Positions 48,185-61,500 of a stretch of 64,000 bases of DNA are shown piece after piece. Source of the stretch: Neoechinorhynchus agilis (Eukaryota; Animalia; Acanthocephala); the NCBI GenBank assembly GCA_051530055.1, contig CM121343.1:1892389-1956388 (forward strand), written 5' to 3'. Numbering within the stretch: the first letter of the stretch is position 1; every line of letters begins with the position of its first letter. The notes beneath the pieces were generated by a model. The model was not told where the DNA came from. It did not search any database and worked only from the letters and a program-made list of their open reading frames with translations. The translations under genes were made by a program, and so were the position numbers.

Positions 48185-48460
48185 AGCGCCTGATTGCTGC
48201 CACACTTATAAGTGGAAGTCGAACAACACATTCAACACTCGAGTAACCTTTAAACATAGCGCACAATCCCTCATAAAATATAACCAAGCGATATGACCCA
48301 GTCATGGATACAACAAATCCCTTCAGGCGCTTGACACGATGTTAAAAGACCTGTGGAATAATAATAAACTGATGGTACCAGCCCTATTGCTCTTAGCTGG
48401 TGACTGAGGTAAACGCTTCCAATAATAGCCAGATCAACAACGGCTATCGAAATTAAAAAT
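48185..48460 (+). mobile_element. Helitron/PIF1 helicase remnant
   Basis: IAATLISGSRTTHSTL and QALDTMLKDLWNNNKL...LLLAGD...TLPII match PIF1 motifs; stops present. Confidence 0.7.
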
Positions 48461-48539
48461 GATAATTACACGTTTTATTGTTCAGAGTAGAGGAACCATG
48501 CACCTCTGGGTCCTCGCGAACACCAGTCGTGAGAGGTTC

Positions 48540-49960
48540 CTTGAATGTGTTTGTTTATTTTTGAAGTGAGACGGTTCTGGTCGGGTGGGTTTGTTGGTAG
48601 TTATTGTTTATAGGAGAATTTGTGAGTCATTTCAAGTTAAGATATCCGAGAAGATTGGGTAGTTTGGCAGAAGGAGCGGAGGTATAGGGAGGTCCGAGGT
48701 ATTGGAGAATGAAAGGAATTGGGATTGAAAATGGGTTTAAAGGCGTTGTGATTGTTTGTTGAAAATCTTATAAGGGCATTCGGTGAGAGGAGGAAAATAA
48801 ATTGTGCAAATTTTAGAGGCGTTTCTATGAAACTTTTCAAGGCGACGGATTTGTGATTTGGAAAGGATGCAAAAGACGGGATAGCCGTTGGTGGGGAAGG
48901 CTAAAATAGAGCTGTAGTAAAATTTGGAGAGATCGGCCGAAGGGACTCCTAAATGGCGGAAGATTAAGAGGCTGTAAATTTGCGTTTGAGGGTGAATTAA
49001 ATATGGGAGTCCCATTTCAGATTGTGTTGATATTGGCGACACAGAATCGTTGGATGTCGTTTGGAAAATCGGGATAGGATGTGAGGTTGCGGAAGAGAGA
49101 GGGATCATTTCGAGGCATGTGAAGAAATTCAGATGGAGTTTGTGATTGTTGCAGAAATCTTTTATGTCTGAGATTTCGTTAGATGTTAAGGAGAGGGAGA
49201 GAGATTGGATAGTGATTGAGGGATGGGGGGTGATATTGTCGGCATAAAAGAAAAGTTTAAAGTGATGCGAGAGAGGTTTAAGTTCGCTTAAGAAAATATT
49301 AAAAAGAAGTGGTGACAAGACAACACCTTGGGGTACGCCTTTGGCGAGGGGTTGGTTGATCGAGAAGGTGCCCATGTAGTTAATGTATTGTTGGCCACTG
49401 CGAAGATAATATGCCAGTCAGTGGATCTGTGACGCGTTTAGACCAAAATCGGAACAGGCCTTGAGTAGTAAAAGGGCCATAGAGCCGAATGCTTTCGATA
49501 AGTCCAATCGAATGAAGCGGGTGACGTGAGATGGATGATTGTCGAGGTTGCGTAGGAGCATGTCGTAAATGTAAAGTAGGGCAATCGTTGCTGAGCGTGA
49601 GTTTTTGTTAAGAAATGGAAAAGGGCGTGTTTTGAATCATTTTTCGGCAATTTTAGAAAAAGCGGGCAAAATTAATATTGGACGGAATGATTCGGTGGAA
49701 ATCGGATGTCCATTTTTCGGAAGAAGGATCACTTTAGCAGTTTTCAGACATGAAAGGTAGATTCCATATAAAAAGCTGCGATTTATAATAATGGTAAGAG
49801 GATCTATAAGTTCGGGGATGATGCAGCGAAGAACCCAGTTTGGGATTTCGGATTGAGGGGATGAATTTCTTGAGATGGAGGTTGACTTCACATGACGGAA
49901 CATCCAGGGCTTCGTGAAGTACGTCGGACCATTTCAACATCCGCAAATTCTTGTCCATCA
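48540..49960 (-). mobile_element. Decayed LINE RT (CR1/L2-like)
   Basis: RPILILPAFSKIAEK, KGVPQGVVLSPLLFNIF, YADN. Confidence 0.82.
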
Positions 49961-50029
49961 GAATTAATTCGATTGTCTTCCAAATCGTACCATTATAGCG
50001 TTCGCATTGCTCTGTGGGTGAAAAGCGGC

Positions 50030-53000
50030 CGTGTGACTGAGGGTCGTCAGGTCACATGTCAACTAACGTTCAGGCGTTAGCGGAGGGTGGCATTCGGCCA
50101 CCCAATACACTGAAGATACCGTATCTTCTGCAACAAGAGAGTTATTGCTCTCTGAACTAAACAATCCAACCAGCTCGTCCGAGGAACTCGTCTTCTTGGA
50201 GGCACCTTCGAAGAAAAAATCCAACGTTATATCTTTAAAAGCTAATCCCGTTCTATCACGAGAAGAACTATTTAAACGATTCCTGTCCCCGTGGCTCAAA
50301 ACGCTCAATGATGACATCATAAGAATCACCTCTACTACATATTTCGCCGGCCAATTAAAAATATACTTTAATGACAGTCTTCATCTCAGCAACCTTCACA
50401 AATTCATCGAAATGAATTGCGACACGTCTGGCGTCCAAATTACAAACGCAAGCTACTATTCAACCTTCCTAGTGAATCGATTGTCTCCCGACATCGATGC
50501 TGCAGACAAAAAATCGTTCGAGAACAAGTTTGGTTGTGAGATTCTATTCTTCCTCAAATCGGCCCGTACAGCCAAGCTTATTCCTAGGGCGGTAGTAAAA
50601 GCTCCGGTTGATCGGAGAGATGCGCTAATAAGTGAGAGATACTGCTTTCAGGGAATGGAAATCAATTTTTCCATCAACGAGATATCGAGACTGGACGACT
50701 TCACGTTCCCACGTTGCAGCATCTGCCAATCCTGGGGACATTGGTCACAAAGATGCCCTACAAAAAAGTCCGTTTGCGCATTTTGCGCGTGCAACCACCA
50801 TTCATCAGCTTGTCCGAAGGATACAAAATGTTGCGCCAACTGTAAGAAGACAGGACATTGCGCCTTTTCGAAATCCCGTCCGGTTTTCAAGCAATATCTC
50901 AATTGGGCTCAAACGAAACCGTCCGCAAACAACAATGCTAACATCGTACGTCAGGCACCAAACAAGCAAGTAGTCCATGAATCTGCCCCTCCGCCATCGA
51001 ACGAATGGCGCTCTGAGCGAGTGTCACCCAACCAAGATTCTATCAATGGAAAACTTCGCCAATTTTCGGATAGGATCATGCAGATGGTAGATCTCCGGAT
51101 AAATATGGCTATACAAGGACTCGAGAAAAGATTGGCCTCTCATCTGGACGCACTAATGGCGACTATATCCGCACGACTGGACAACATGTTTCCTCATGGA
51201 TCTATCGACAGCCCGATTTCCTGCAAACGTATCCGTAAAGCGTCTCCCGTCAATCCGAACTTGCCCAACTCAGACGTTGAGATGTCCGAGAACGAACTCT
51301 TCGTTCGGGATATTATCCAAGAACAATCTCAGGTTTGTGTCGCGGGAGATCACAAACCTATTCAAAAGTGCGCAGCACGGAGTTAAGGATCGTGCAGTGG
51401 AACTCTGGTGGACGGCTAAGTATCCATAGACTGCTCTCAGAGGCCTTGAGGTGCAGCACCATCTTTATTCAGGAGTCCAAGTCTGTCTATAATGTTCATG
51501 ACCTACCTCAATGTCTCAGCTCACTGACCGAACAATTTGTCATATTTTGTACCCCTCCTCATTCGCCGAATTCCCAAGGTCTACTGTCTTTTTTCCGGCC
51601 TTCTCTCGGTCCCACACAGATCACATCGTATTCCTCCGATGATCTGTCTTATTCAATTTTTTCAGTTTGTTTTAATGGCTCTAGACTTTTATTAGCAAAT
51701 ATCTATGTCCGGCCTCATAAGATACATCTCCCTTGTAATAAGACCATACTAAAGAACATCTTAGGGTCCGGTATTGACTATTGTTTTGGCGATTTCAATG
51801 ATCCTTCGCATAAATGGATCAATTCTATTAATCGTTCTGGAGAGTCCCACAACATTATTATGCCCGATTATCCTACTTTTGCTGACGGATCTTCATCCTC
51901 TTACTTGGATCTATGCATATACCGCAAAACTGGTTTTTACAAACCTATTTTAATTTCTCAATCTTCTCCCTTTCGGGTCGCTGGACACGACTTGGTAGTT
52001 TGGGAGCTCGACAAGAACGTTCTTTTATCGCGAAAGTTCAAATTGGGATGGTTGAATGTCAGTCTCTTCAATGCTGTTACCCGCTTTTTTTGTCTGGTTC
52101 AAAATCCACCGAGCTTAACGATATCAACAATTTTCTGGCTGACACTAGTGACAGTTTCCTTACCACCGTCAGGGGATCCGTAGGAATACCTCGGAAACCC
52201 AATCTATTATCCCTTTACGGTAAGGAGCTCTTTAAAGCTAAGGCAGCGGGCGACACCAGTTCCTCTAAGTTTTGGTCATCTCTCTACTGGCCGTGCAAAG
52301 CCAGATTCCAGATAGCCCAAGATCGCGAAATGATCAGCTCTTACCTACCCCACTCAGTAGTAAACCGGAAGCGCTCCTTCCCATGGAAAAGGGCAGCTGC
52401 CGCCTGGATCAGAGCTTTAGGCTTTGACACAGTCATCAGTGCACTTCGCTCCAAACACTCCAACGGTGCCAGTCCGATTCCCATCGCCACTAACTTCACA
52501 CTTCCTAAACCACGGAGACTTGATCTCACCAAAAAAGATTTTTTACAATGGTGGACGTCTAAGAATCTTACCTCATGCAACGGCTCTTCAGCTTGTTTCA
52601 AAGCAACCAACGTCTTGAGTAGGGATAACATTTCATTATTGGCCAGTGTCATGCTATTAGCCTCACCTGAAGAATGGTCCGAAATTAATATTGCGAAAAG
52701 GATTTTCCTACGCAAAGGTAAGGTTCGATCAATATCTTCTCCGGGAGATGTGAGACCAATTTTCATTCAAAACTCGTTGGTCTCCATCTATGAGAGAATA
52801 TTGGCAAAGCGGATCGTCGCGTTCTCCTGTGAGCATAATATCATCGATAAGCGATGCAATGGCTTCGTTCCCGGCAAATCAGTCCACTCTGCTATGAACG
52901 AAATTATACTTAATTTTGGCCAGAACCGTCGTGTTATGAATATCTTGATTTCTTTTGATATCAGCAAGGCATTCGACAATATCGATATTGATTTTATCCT

Positions 53001-53740
53001 GAGTATTTTGCGGTTTTTTAATTTTCCTTTCAATTTCATAGCTACGGTTCACAATACCTTGAAGTCCAAACGGTTCTTTTTCTCGGACGACCCCGCTCGC
53101 TCAGTTTACTTTCAGGTTAAAGGAGTTCCCCAAGGCTCCCCTCTATCACCGATTCTTTTCTGTTTGGCCTCCCAATATATTGTTCAAAACTGCAAAGTCT
53201 GTCATTCTATCACCATGTACGCGGATGATCTCACCGTGGTAATAAAAGAACGCAACTATGTGCAAGCTCGAGCGAAGCTTGCTGCAGTTCTGAATTTCTT
53301 AAAAGAAAAACTACCTCACATGGGTCTTGCCTTAAATAATAAAAAGACCAAGTTTTTAATAAAATCAAAATCCGTCGTTGAGAGACTTTGTCAAGAAGTT
53401 TTTCGCCCTTGATTTTTTCCCGGTATATCAAAGACTCAACATTCTAGGTTATACCCTTACCAGTAATCTTTCAGTCTCGGCTGACATAAGATGAAACGCC
53501 TCTTCAAATGTGCCAATGCTAACGTGCTGCCCGACTAGGCCTCAATCCAAGGACTTGCAGATCTATTTGAAACTCATGGGCCATATCTGGTCTAGTCTTC
53601 TATTTTAGAGGACGACCGCCCGAACAACGCCAGAGCTTTCTCCACTCTCCCTTTCGCATGGGCCAACACCGTCGACTGGACTGCCAAAGTGGATAAATGG
53701 ACAGCGATCGCCAATGAATGATACGTTCGATTTATTCAAA
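50030..53740 (+). mobile_element. Near full-length LINE: ORF1 with three zinc knuckles, APE, RT; several frameshifts
   Basis: CSICQSWGHWSQRC, CAFCACNHHSSAC, CANCKKTGH; WNSGG, GDFND; FDISKAFD, GVPQGSPLSP, YADD. Confidence 0.92.
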
Positions 53741-53759
53741 CTATCTCACGTGGTCCTTC

Positions 53760-54330
53760 TGCGAATAAATTTTTTTATGACGGAACTGGGGAGTCTTGAA
53801 GAGCTGACAGAAGTGTCAGCTATGGTAGTGATAGTTTGTGTCGAGTCTAAGATGGTGCAATGGCTGTAATTTGAGCTAGGGTCGAGGGTCCAGAAGAGGA
53901 CAAATTTGAGAAGGAATCAAGGTGGCGTAGGCCAAGAGAGTTCTCGACAGCCCGTCACCATTTTGAATTTCCGCCTGAACGAATTTTAGAGGAAAGGAAA
54001 TTTTTGCAGGCAACAAGTATTTTGTTAGTGCTTTTTGTAAACGGGGAAAGTCCTAGGATTTATTGTGATGGGCCGTATATGCTTGATTTTTAAGGAGTTT
54101 AAAGATGGGGGTTATCCATGGTGGGTCACGGTTTGATATTCGAATGAATTTCCTGAGTATTGTCGAAGTTAGAGAACATTTTATGATTGAGATTAGGTTG
54201 CATGACCAAGGAAGCGTCATTTATTTTGGTAGAGTCGAGGGTGCGAATCATCGAATTGAACAATTTGACAAGATTGTAGATGTTTTCCCCTGTACATGTC
54301 ACCTACGGCATAGAACACTGAACGATGCCC
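53760..54330 (-). mobile_element. LINE endonuclease-RT linker remnant
   Basis: DPPWITPIFKLLK-type motif; similar to 36480-36900. Confidence 0.5.
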
Positions 54331-54559
54331 CTGAAGATCTTTATCAAATACCACAGCAAATGTGAAAATTACAATAAGTTACTCCTAGGCAACTCCGGGT
54401 AAAATGGGTTTTATATAACAAAGATGTATTTATTGTTAGCTTTGCTTACTTGATTTTGCTTATTGCACCTTTTAAAAAATCTTGGTTTATCTAATTAATT
54501 TCAAGTGCAAAAGTGTAATTTATTTATTGTGAATTACATCAAATTATTCTCAATCGTAC

Positions 54560-55330
54560 TTTACCGTCCCCAAGACGCTCGCTGCGCTTCCTCGCTGGAT
54601 AGCCAAGGATATGTTCTGCACTAGGAACGAACGAGCCCTCCTGTTATTGGTCGAGTTGATCAGTCGATGCCCTAGTTCGAAAACAAAACTCCTCGCCGCA
54701 CGTCCGAAAGCTCCTAAGGTTTCCACTGCGAAGGGGACAAAATGATGAGAATTCGTAAAATCAGCGTATTTTGCAACCTTACGGAGCTCAGCTGCTGATG
54801 CGGCTCCCCCAGCCCCGGAGGATGCATCTCGCAGATTGCTGGCTGCAAGGGAGTCGACGCATGTTGCGTCCCATAGGAGACATCTCCCCCTGCTCCAAGG
54901 AAAAACGGTAACTCCATCCGGCCTACGGGCCCATCAATCCTGCAGATGTTGCTAGGCTCGAGGATATTCGGAGAGTTAGCCGTTTTCAAAGCGCGGCTCA
55001 GCAATGCGTTTATTTCGACGTGTCTAGCAAAACGGCCACTTGAGCGTTTACAGGCTAATCCGTGCCTGCCCGAGGGGTCAACTTCCGTCCCGCATCGGCA
55101 GGTGTGAGAGATACAAACCGGGAGCCCGAGCCTCAGAGACACTGCGATTCTGAGAGCCTCGCCGTCTAATCTCGAACCGAGATTTGCTGATGGTACAGCT
55201 TTCAACCAGGCGCCGGACTCTTTGCAAGAAACTGCAGTTAATCGCGTTCTATCCACGTCGGAGAGCGAGTCAAAAAGTGAAGTGTGAACACGCTCCACTA
55301 ACGGAATGTCCCACGGATGGGTCATAAGGA
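54560..55330 (-). mobile_element. CRE-like 3' fragment
   Basis: ESGAWLKAVP, CRCG...RH, VPFAVETLGAFG, FLVQNISLAIQRGSAASVLGT. Confidence 0.88.
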
Positions 55331-55545
55331 TTCTAGCAGAGTTTAAAACCTCTAGAAAATTCCCTATGCCACCCTCAGAATTACTAAGTCAAGAGTCATG
55401 AAAAAGACGATCCAAATACCATTTCCAGTTTGTCTAAGTCAAACCCACACAGACACCACAGTTAATTTGAAATTTACTAATAACCAAAAGATGCATCTAT
55501 GGACCGGTGCTTGTCGCCAGATAATTCTCGTCAAATATTTAACTG

Positions 55546-58500
55546 CTACAAATCACGCTGTTTCATTGATTTGACATGCACGTCAAAAACAACAATCATA
55601 TCACCATTTGAGTTTACAACCCGAACCTCATAAATACCGGCATCGTTCATGGACACCTTGTTTATCTTCATCAGAAACGAATTGGTAGAATTACTTGTCA
55701 TATAAAAATGATCTCCTTCAAGTAAAGGAATGCCGGATTTCGACCATATAGCTAAATACAATCAGGTCTTGAAAATGTACTGGAAATGAGGATGCTCTAC
55801 CGGACATTGGCTCTGATCCGATTGCAACACATCGAAAAGTCGGAGAATCATCAATTGAAACGCAGACTGATTGAGGAAAGGCAATTATGCAAGGATCGAG
55901 TGTTGGTGTCTCTGAACCTATACATTTATGTTAGCAAGGCGCCAAACGAAATTGGACTAATTTGCTAACCTTTGACGATAATTGAGCAGTTGGAACTAAT
56001 AACGGTTCCATCAGGTGATGTATGTTCGACTGTAAATACACCACTGTCTTCAGGAAAAACAACCGGTACACTTAATCGGTGAATTTTTCCTTTTGATGTC
56101 TTCTCGAATTCAACACTATCGGGCACAGTTTTATTGTTTCGATACCATCGAATTTCGTCGATATCTAAAAATTGCACAAAATGTAACCAAACCGTATATT
56201 CACAATTCTCATTGTTTACTGCGAATTGATCGACCACGTAGATCAAAGTTCAGATACCAATATTAATTGCTGGTCAAAGCAATTAATCAAAATAAGAAGT
56301 ATGAATAAAAGAAAACTGACAAAAAGATGTCCGAATTCTACGATGCAGATCGACTTTTGGTACTGCAACTGATCACAATTTGTTAAATATCGAATATCTC
56401 GAGTACAACAAGATCCCCGAAAAATATTTATCCTTTATATCTGCTATCTACAGTTTCAAAACTAACACGATTCGATGGGATATTTCTACGATAGGTTAAT
56501 TAAAAATTATGTTGAGCTAAAATATGAAGTTACTGAATATGATAAACTAAGTTATAAGGCGAACAGATACGAATTGGATATTAATGGCACAAGCGTGGAT
56601 TGGGCGTCTAAAAAACTCAATATGAAGATAATTTAGTTGACTCACCGCTCTCCCTGCTTGTTTCTGCAACCAAATTAAGTGTATCGCCCTCATTTAATAT
56701 CATGCTCTTCAAAAATTCATGAAAGTATTGAGGCTCATTGATTGAAGTCTAAGTTGCAAAAGGGATATGATCAAGCTCTTGAAAAGACCACATTCGATAG
56801 CATACCCCATCTAAAGCAATGCGATGTCCGTTTGTAAAATCTTTAAGTTTTGCAAATTCAGATGGAGAAGCAATACGAAATTCCGAGGATGCGATATTGA
56901 TCGCACTTTCGTTTCTATTAGAGTGCTGCCGAAATACAGTAGTAGTTTTGGTGGAGATAATGCTATCATCTTTATTGATGACATGTATGGACGCTGATGA
57001 TTCCGCATATCCCCTTGCATTACTTAGTCTACATCGATACTGCCCGCTGTCGCTGAGAGTTGCATTTCTAATAGTCAACGATGTTTCAGAACTCGAAGTA
57101 TACAGACAGAATCGATTTTGATTCTGGGATGCTGGCAAATCAAATCTGATTAATTGACCATTTTTGAACCACTCAATCTCTGGTGCTGGACGTCCCGTGA
57201 ATGTACATTTTAATATAATGTCAGAAAATTCTTCAACGCGACTTGACTCAAGATGGCAAACAAAATTCGGGGGAGAATTAATGAAAACATCTCCGACAAG
57301 AGATCCTGCTCTACTTCCACTGATCGAAGGGGACAATGTGCCGTATCGCTCTACAACACTCCTTTTGATCGAAAGTGGGCGAGTTCCATATGACGATGTA
57401 AAATCCTCGAAGTAAGAAGATCCTTGCTCTGTTTGGTAATTTAGTGAGCTACCTATCACCAATAGCTGGGATGTAGTCTCAGCTACGCCTCGCTCATTCT
57501 CAGCAACACATCTATACCAGCCTCCGTCTGTGGTTGGGTTAACAGCAGCTATTTCAAGGGAACATACTCCGGATTCATTGAGTATCAGCATGTTCGTTTC
57601 ACCGGTTTTAATCTCAGTCGCGTCCTTATACCATTTTACGGAAGGAGTGGGTTTTGCCGTCACTGTACAGGACAATTTAACATTTTGTCCAGCTTGAACA
57701 ACTCTTGATCTCAAATGGTAGGTAAACATTGGTGCACGGTCAGGCTCGGACCAAATATCATCCAGCTCGTATTGACTTCTTCGGTATTCAATAGTCGGTG
57801 ATTTTTTCATGAGCGGTCGTGGTTGGGCAACAGCTAAATGCGATTACTGTTACCTTCGCTTATTAGCAAAGGAAACTTACGCTGAACAGATAAATTAACT
57901 GAAATTAATGTTTCACCAAACGAGTTAGATGCACGCATTTCGTACTTTCCTTCATCTTCCAATAAGCACTTCTTTACTTCAAGGCAGTACGTCGTGTCAG
58001 TTGACTTTTTAGAATACTTTTGGGACTGTCGCAGTTCGATTCCATTACGGTACCTTTTAAAACTTATAAATCAAGCCATAGACATTAGTAACTTTACCAG
58101 GATATGATCGGTGGTGATAAAGCAACTATCCTGCATTCAAACGTTGCGTTATCACCTTCCATACAGTAAGCATTGTGTGGTTTGATCACGATTCGCGGGC
58201 ATGCTTCCTGCCGATCTTGTTAGTGATTAATATTTAGAGATGAACAACTTTTTATTTTGCTCTAAAAATTGTCGGTACATACCAAATCTAGTAGAAATAT
58301 AATCAGCACTATTGAATTCATTGATGCTAACGTAGTTTGCTGTCCTACCAATCGAAGGCATCGTCCGTTTGCCACTCAATCGAATTTCCTAAAATGTAAT
58401 AAACATAAAAGTTGATTTCTTTGAATTGAGCATATTGTACCGATTTAGAGAGGTATTTCATTTTTCTGTCTTTAGCTGATACTTCATCAATTATCAAGTT

Positions 58501-61500
58501 ATCGTTACATGTCCTAGACTGCGTTAACCATTGATGATTCAATGCTTCACTTGCCGTCATGCGAGACCTATGCTCCATTTATGTAAATAATCAAGGAAAA
58601 TAAGCGTACTTTGCTTCTTTTACTAGTAATTTTGAAATGAAATCTTTGCCTTCCTCCGTTATTCCAGCCAATTTTGATTGATCGAAAACGTAGCTACTCG
58701 TTTTACCTTTCGTTTCGCCGTCCTTTGCGGGAAAAGGAGAATCGCCGGTAAGCCTAAATCAGCAGATTTGTATGTTAGCTATAATTATTATTTTATATAT
58801 AACTTTTTTTGAAAATGTTTGAACAAGGGCAGAAATTAAATATTAAAATAAAATGTAGTGACGTATTTTGATTCCGTATTGGCTTTAGTCAAGATATCAA
58901 AATAAAAGCAACGGATTCACATCGAAGGTAGATTGTCCATTGTACTGCATAAATGATAAAAGTTGTGAAACTCAAGGACGGATCCGTTTTCAATCAAAAT
59001 TTTAACAAAGTCCGTATCAAACATGGGAAAACCACATCACAAAATAATTGGTCTTTATTGAAATTGGTGAATACTTACAGAAAATGAGTTAGTGTGCCAA
59101 CTGCCCACATATCCGTATAAAATCCAACCGGCTTCTCTTCAAGTACTTCAGGTGCCGCAAACTCAGAGTCTTCGATTGACAATTTAAAGGTATCATCAAC
59201 GTTAAATTTGCGAGCTGATCTCATATCAGCGATTTTTAAGTATTGACCTTCGTTGCTTTTATCGAAGAGTATTCCAGTTGGCTAAGATTTGGTTCAATGG
59301 AATGTTTTCATCGAGTTTAAAAATACCTTTATATTCAAGTTTACAATATTTTTCTCGTGCATATGACGGACACCTTCGCAAATTTGCCTAATGTAATCAG
59401 CCACTTCCTGTTCAGTGAGCGGACTAAACATCCGATCTAATAGGTCACCACCACTGGCACTAAAGACCGGAATCATCATAGCAGTCCTCATGTCAAAATT
59501 AACTAACAGTTCGTAGACAAGTGCCGTATTTGGCTCTGCGTCTACACTTAATGGCTCGAAAACGTCGTGTAGATTTAGAATATTCTTATGTTTCAGTTTT
59601 TTTCCAATCGATATTTCTCGATCAACCATTTCCTTGACTGTTTTGTTGCCGGTATCATAGAACTTAACAATGTAACTTCGACCTGTATTTCGTTCTACTG
59701 CTCGATGTATAGAACATTCGGCAGTGCTTAAAATCTTTGTTGCAAATGCCTACTACAGTTCTAAAATACCTGGATATTTCCTCAAACACATCGTAGTAAT
59801 CATAGATGCTATTCCGCTTAGTTATTGGTGAAGGCGGCTGACCATGCATCCAAATATCTTGATCTAAACAAAAAAGATATTCAAAAGGGCATTGACATTT
59901 ACGTAAATACATACAGCACTTATCATAATTCAAGGGGGTGTGTCCTTTTAGCCCCCTAATGGGTTTTCCGTCGGAATCTGCACCGTAGACTCCTAAAGTC
60001 GCTTTTCTCTTTAATAGGGAATCTATTGGGAAGGAGCGTGGAAACATAAAATATTACACAAACTAACTTTGTGTAGTTACGAATTCGGTAGTTTCGGATG
60101 GCACCGAGCGTCCATACATATTTTCGGCCATGACACGAAATCTATAGCCGTGTCCAGGTTGTAAGTGTTCAATGTTTAGCTTGCAAGCTCTTCGTACAAA
60201 TCCAGATCTAACCCAGTCATCAGAACCTTGTTCCTGCCGCTCTATAACGTAGTTTGTGATCTCGCTACCACCATCGAATTTAGGTTCTTTCCAAGAGAGA
60301 CTAATCATCTCATCCGTGATTTCATTGCAAGCTAGATGTTCTGGTGGATCCGGATGATCGACTACCTTGATGCGAATGTCCCCATTCGCTGTACCAACAT
60401 CGTTAGTTAATTCAATCCCATATACACCCGTGTCGCCCACTTCGGCTGAAGGTATTGTGAGTGTTACGAATTTGTCATCAATATAATAATCAATGCGGGC
60501 GTCTTCGGGCAACGATACGTTATCCCGGGTCAACTTCACAGAAGGGACTGGAACGCCGTTGTACGGAATTTGCACTTTAATCTTTTCGCCCACTTTGTAT
60601 GTGACCATTTCAGTTAAACCTGCTGTCGCATTCAACATTAGCTTCGGGGGAACTGCTCAAACCAATGAAATAAATTGATATAAATTAGAAAAGTCGTTTA
60701 CAAACCATTTACTTCGAGAGTTCCAAACGTCGATTTAACACCAGCCTTATTTTTAATTTTTATGGTATAAACATCCGCGTCGCTTTTTTGGACATTGTTT
60801 ATCGCAATTTGACTGCTCATCTTATCCGTAGTTATTTTGTATTTACTGGTAAAATCATCGAACAACTCAACGTTATTCTTGAACCACGCAACCGAAGTAT
60901 CCGTTCCCTCAAATTGGACTTTAAACGAGACAGTTTCTCCCTCATTGACTTGTTGATTTCTCAATCCAGCTTTTATCGTAGGCGGCAGAAGCAAAGATTC
61001 CTCTTTTATGGTTACATATTCGGTCGGAATGGAATTTTCGGATTCACCAGCCTCGTTAAACGGTATAACCCGAAACTGGTACTTGCAGCCTTCTACCAGA
61101 CCTCGAACTGTATCTGCGTTTAACGATGTTGCTGGACAAGAGTTTAACCGGATCCAATTGTCGGAATTTTCCTCTTTGCGTTCAATATAATAGCCTACTA
61201 TAGGTGTACCTATTTTACAAATTAATAATGAGTGTTTAAACTTTATAAGATATTGTACCGGCTTTGAGCATTGGTGCATCCCATTTTAGCCGAACACTTG
61301 AGCTTGTTGCATCGCTAACTTGAACCGAGGTGACACCAGTCGGCTTGTCTAAATCGATTCACAACGTAGTGTTTATAAATCCCCGTTCAAGTAAAATCGC
61401 CTAAGATTGTTCACTTTTCCTTGAATGAGCGAACAAGCTAACGAAATAATCTTTAAAACCCCTTAGCTAGTGTTTAAAGGATGATGTTGCCTATGCCATA

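Noticed and set aside
52080-52095. Programmed -1 frameshift at a T7 run in LINE ORF2
   Set aside because: The element has other frameshifts, and a homopolymer indel is the simpler explanation.
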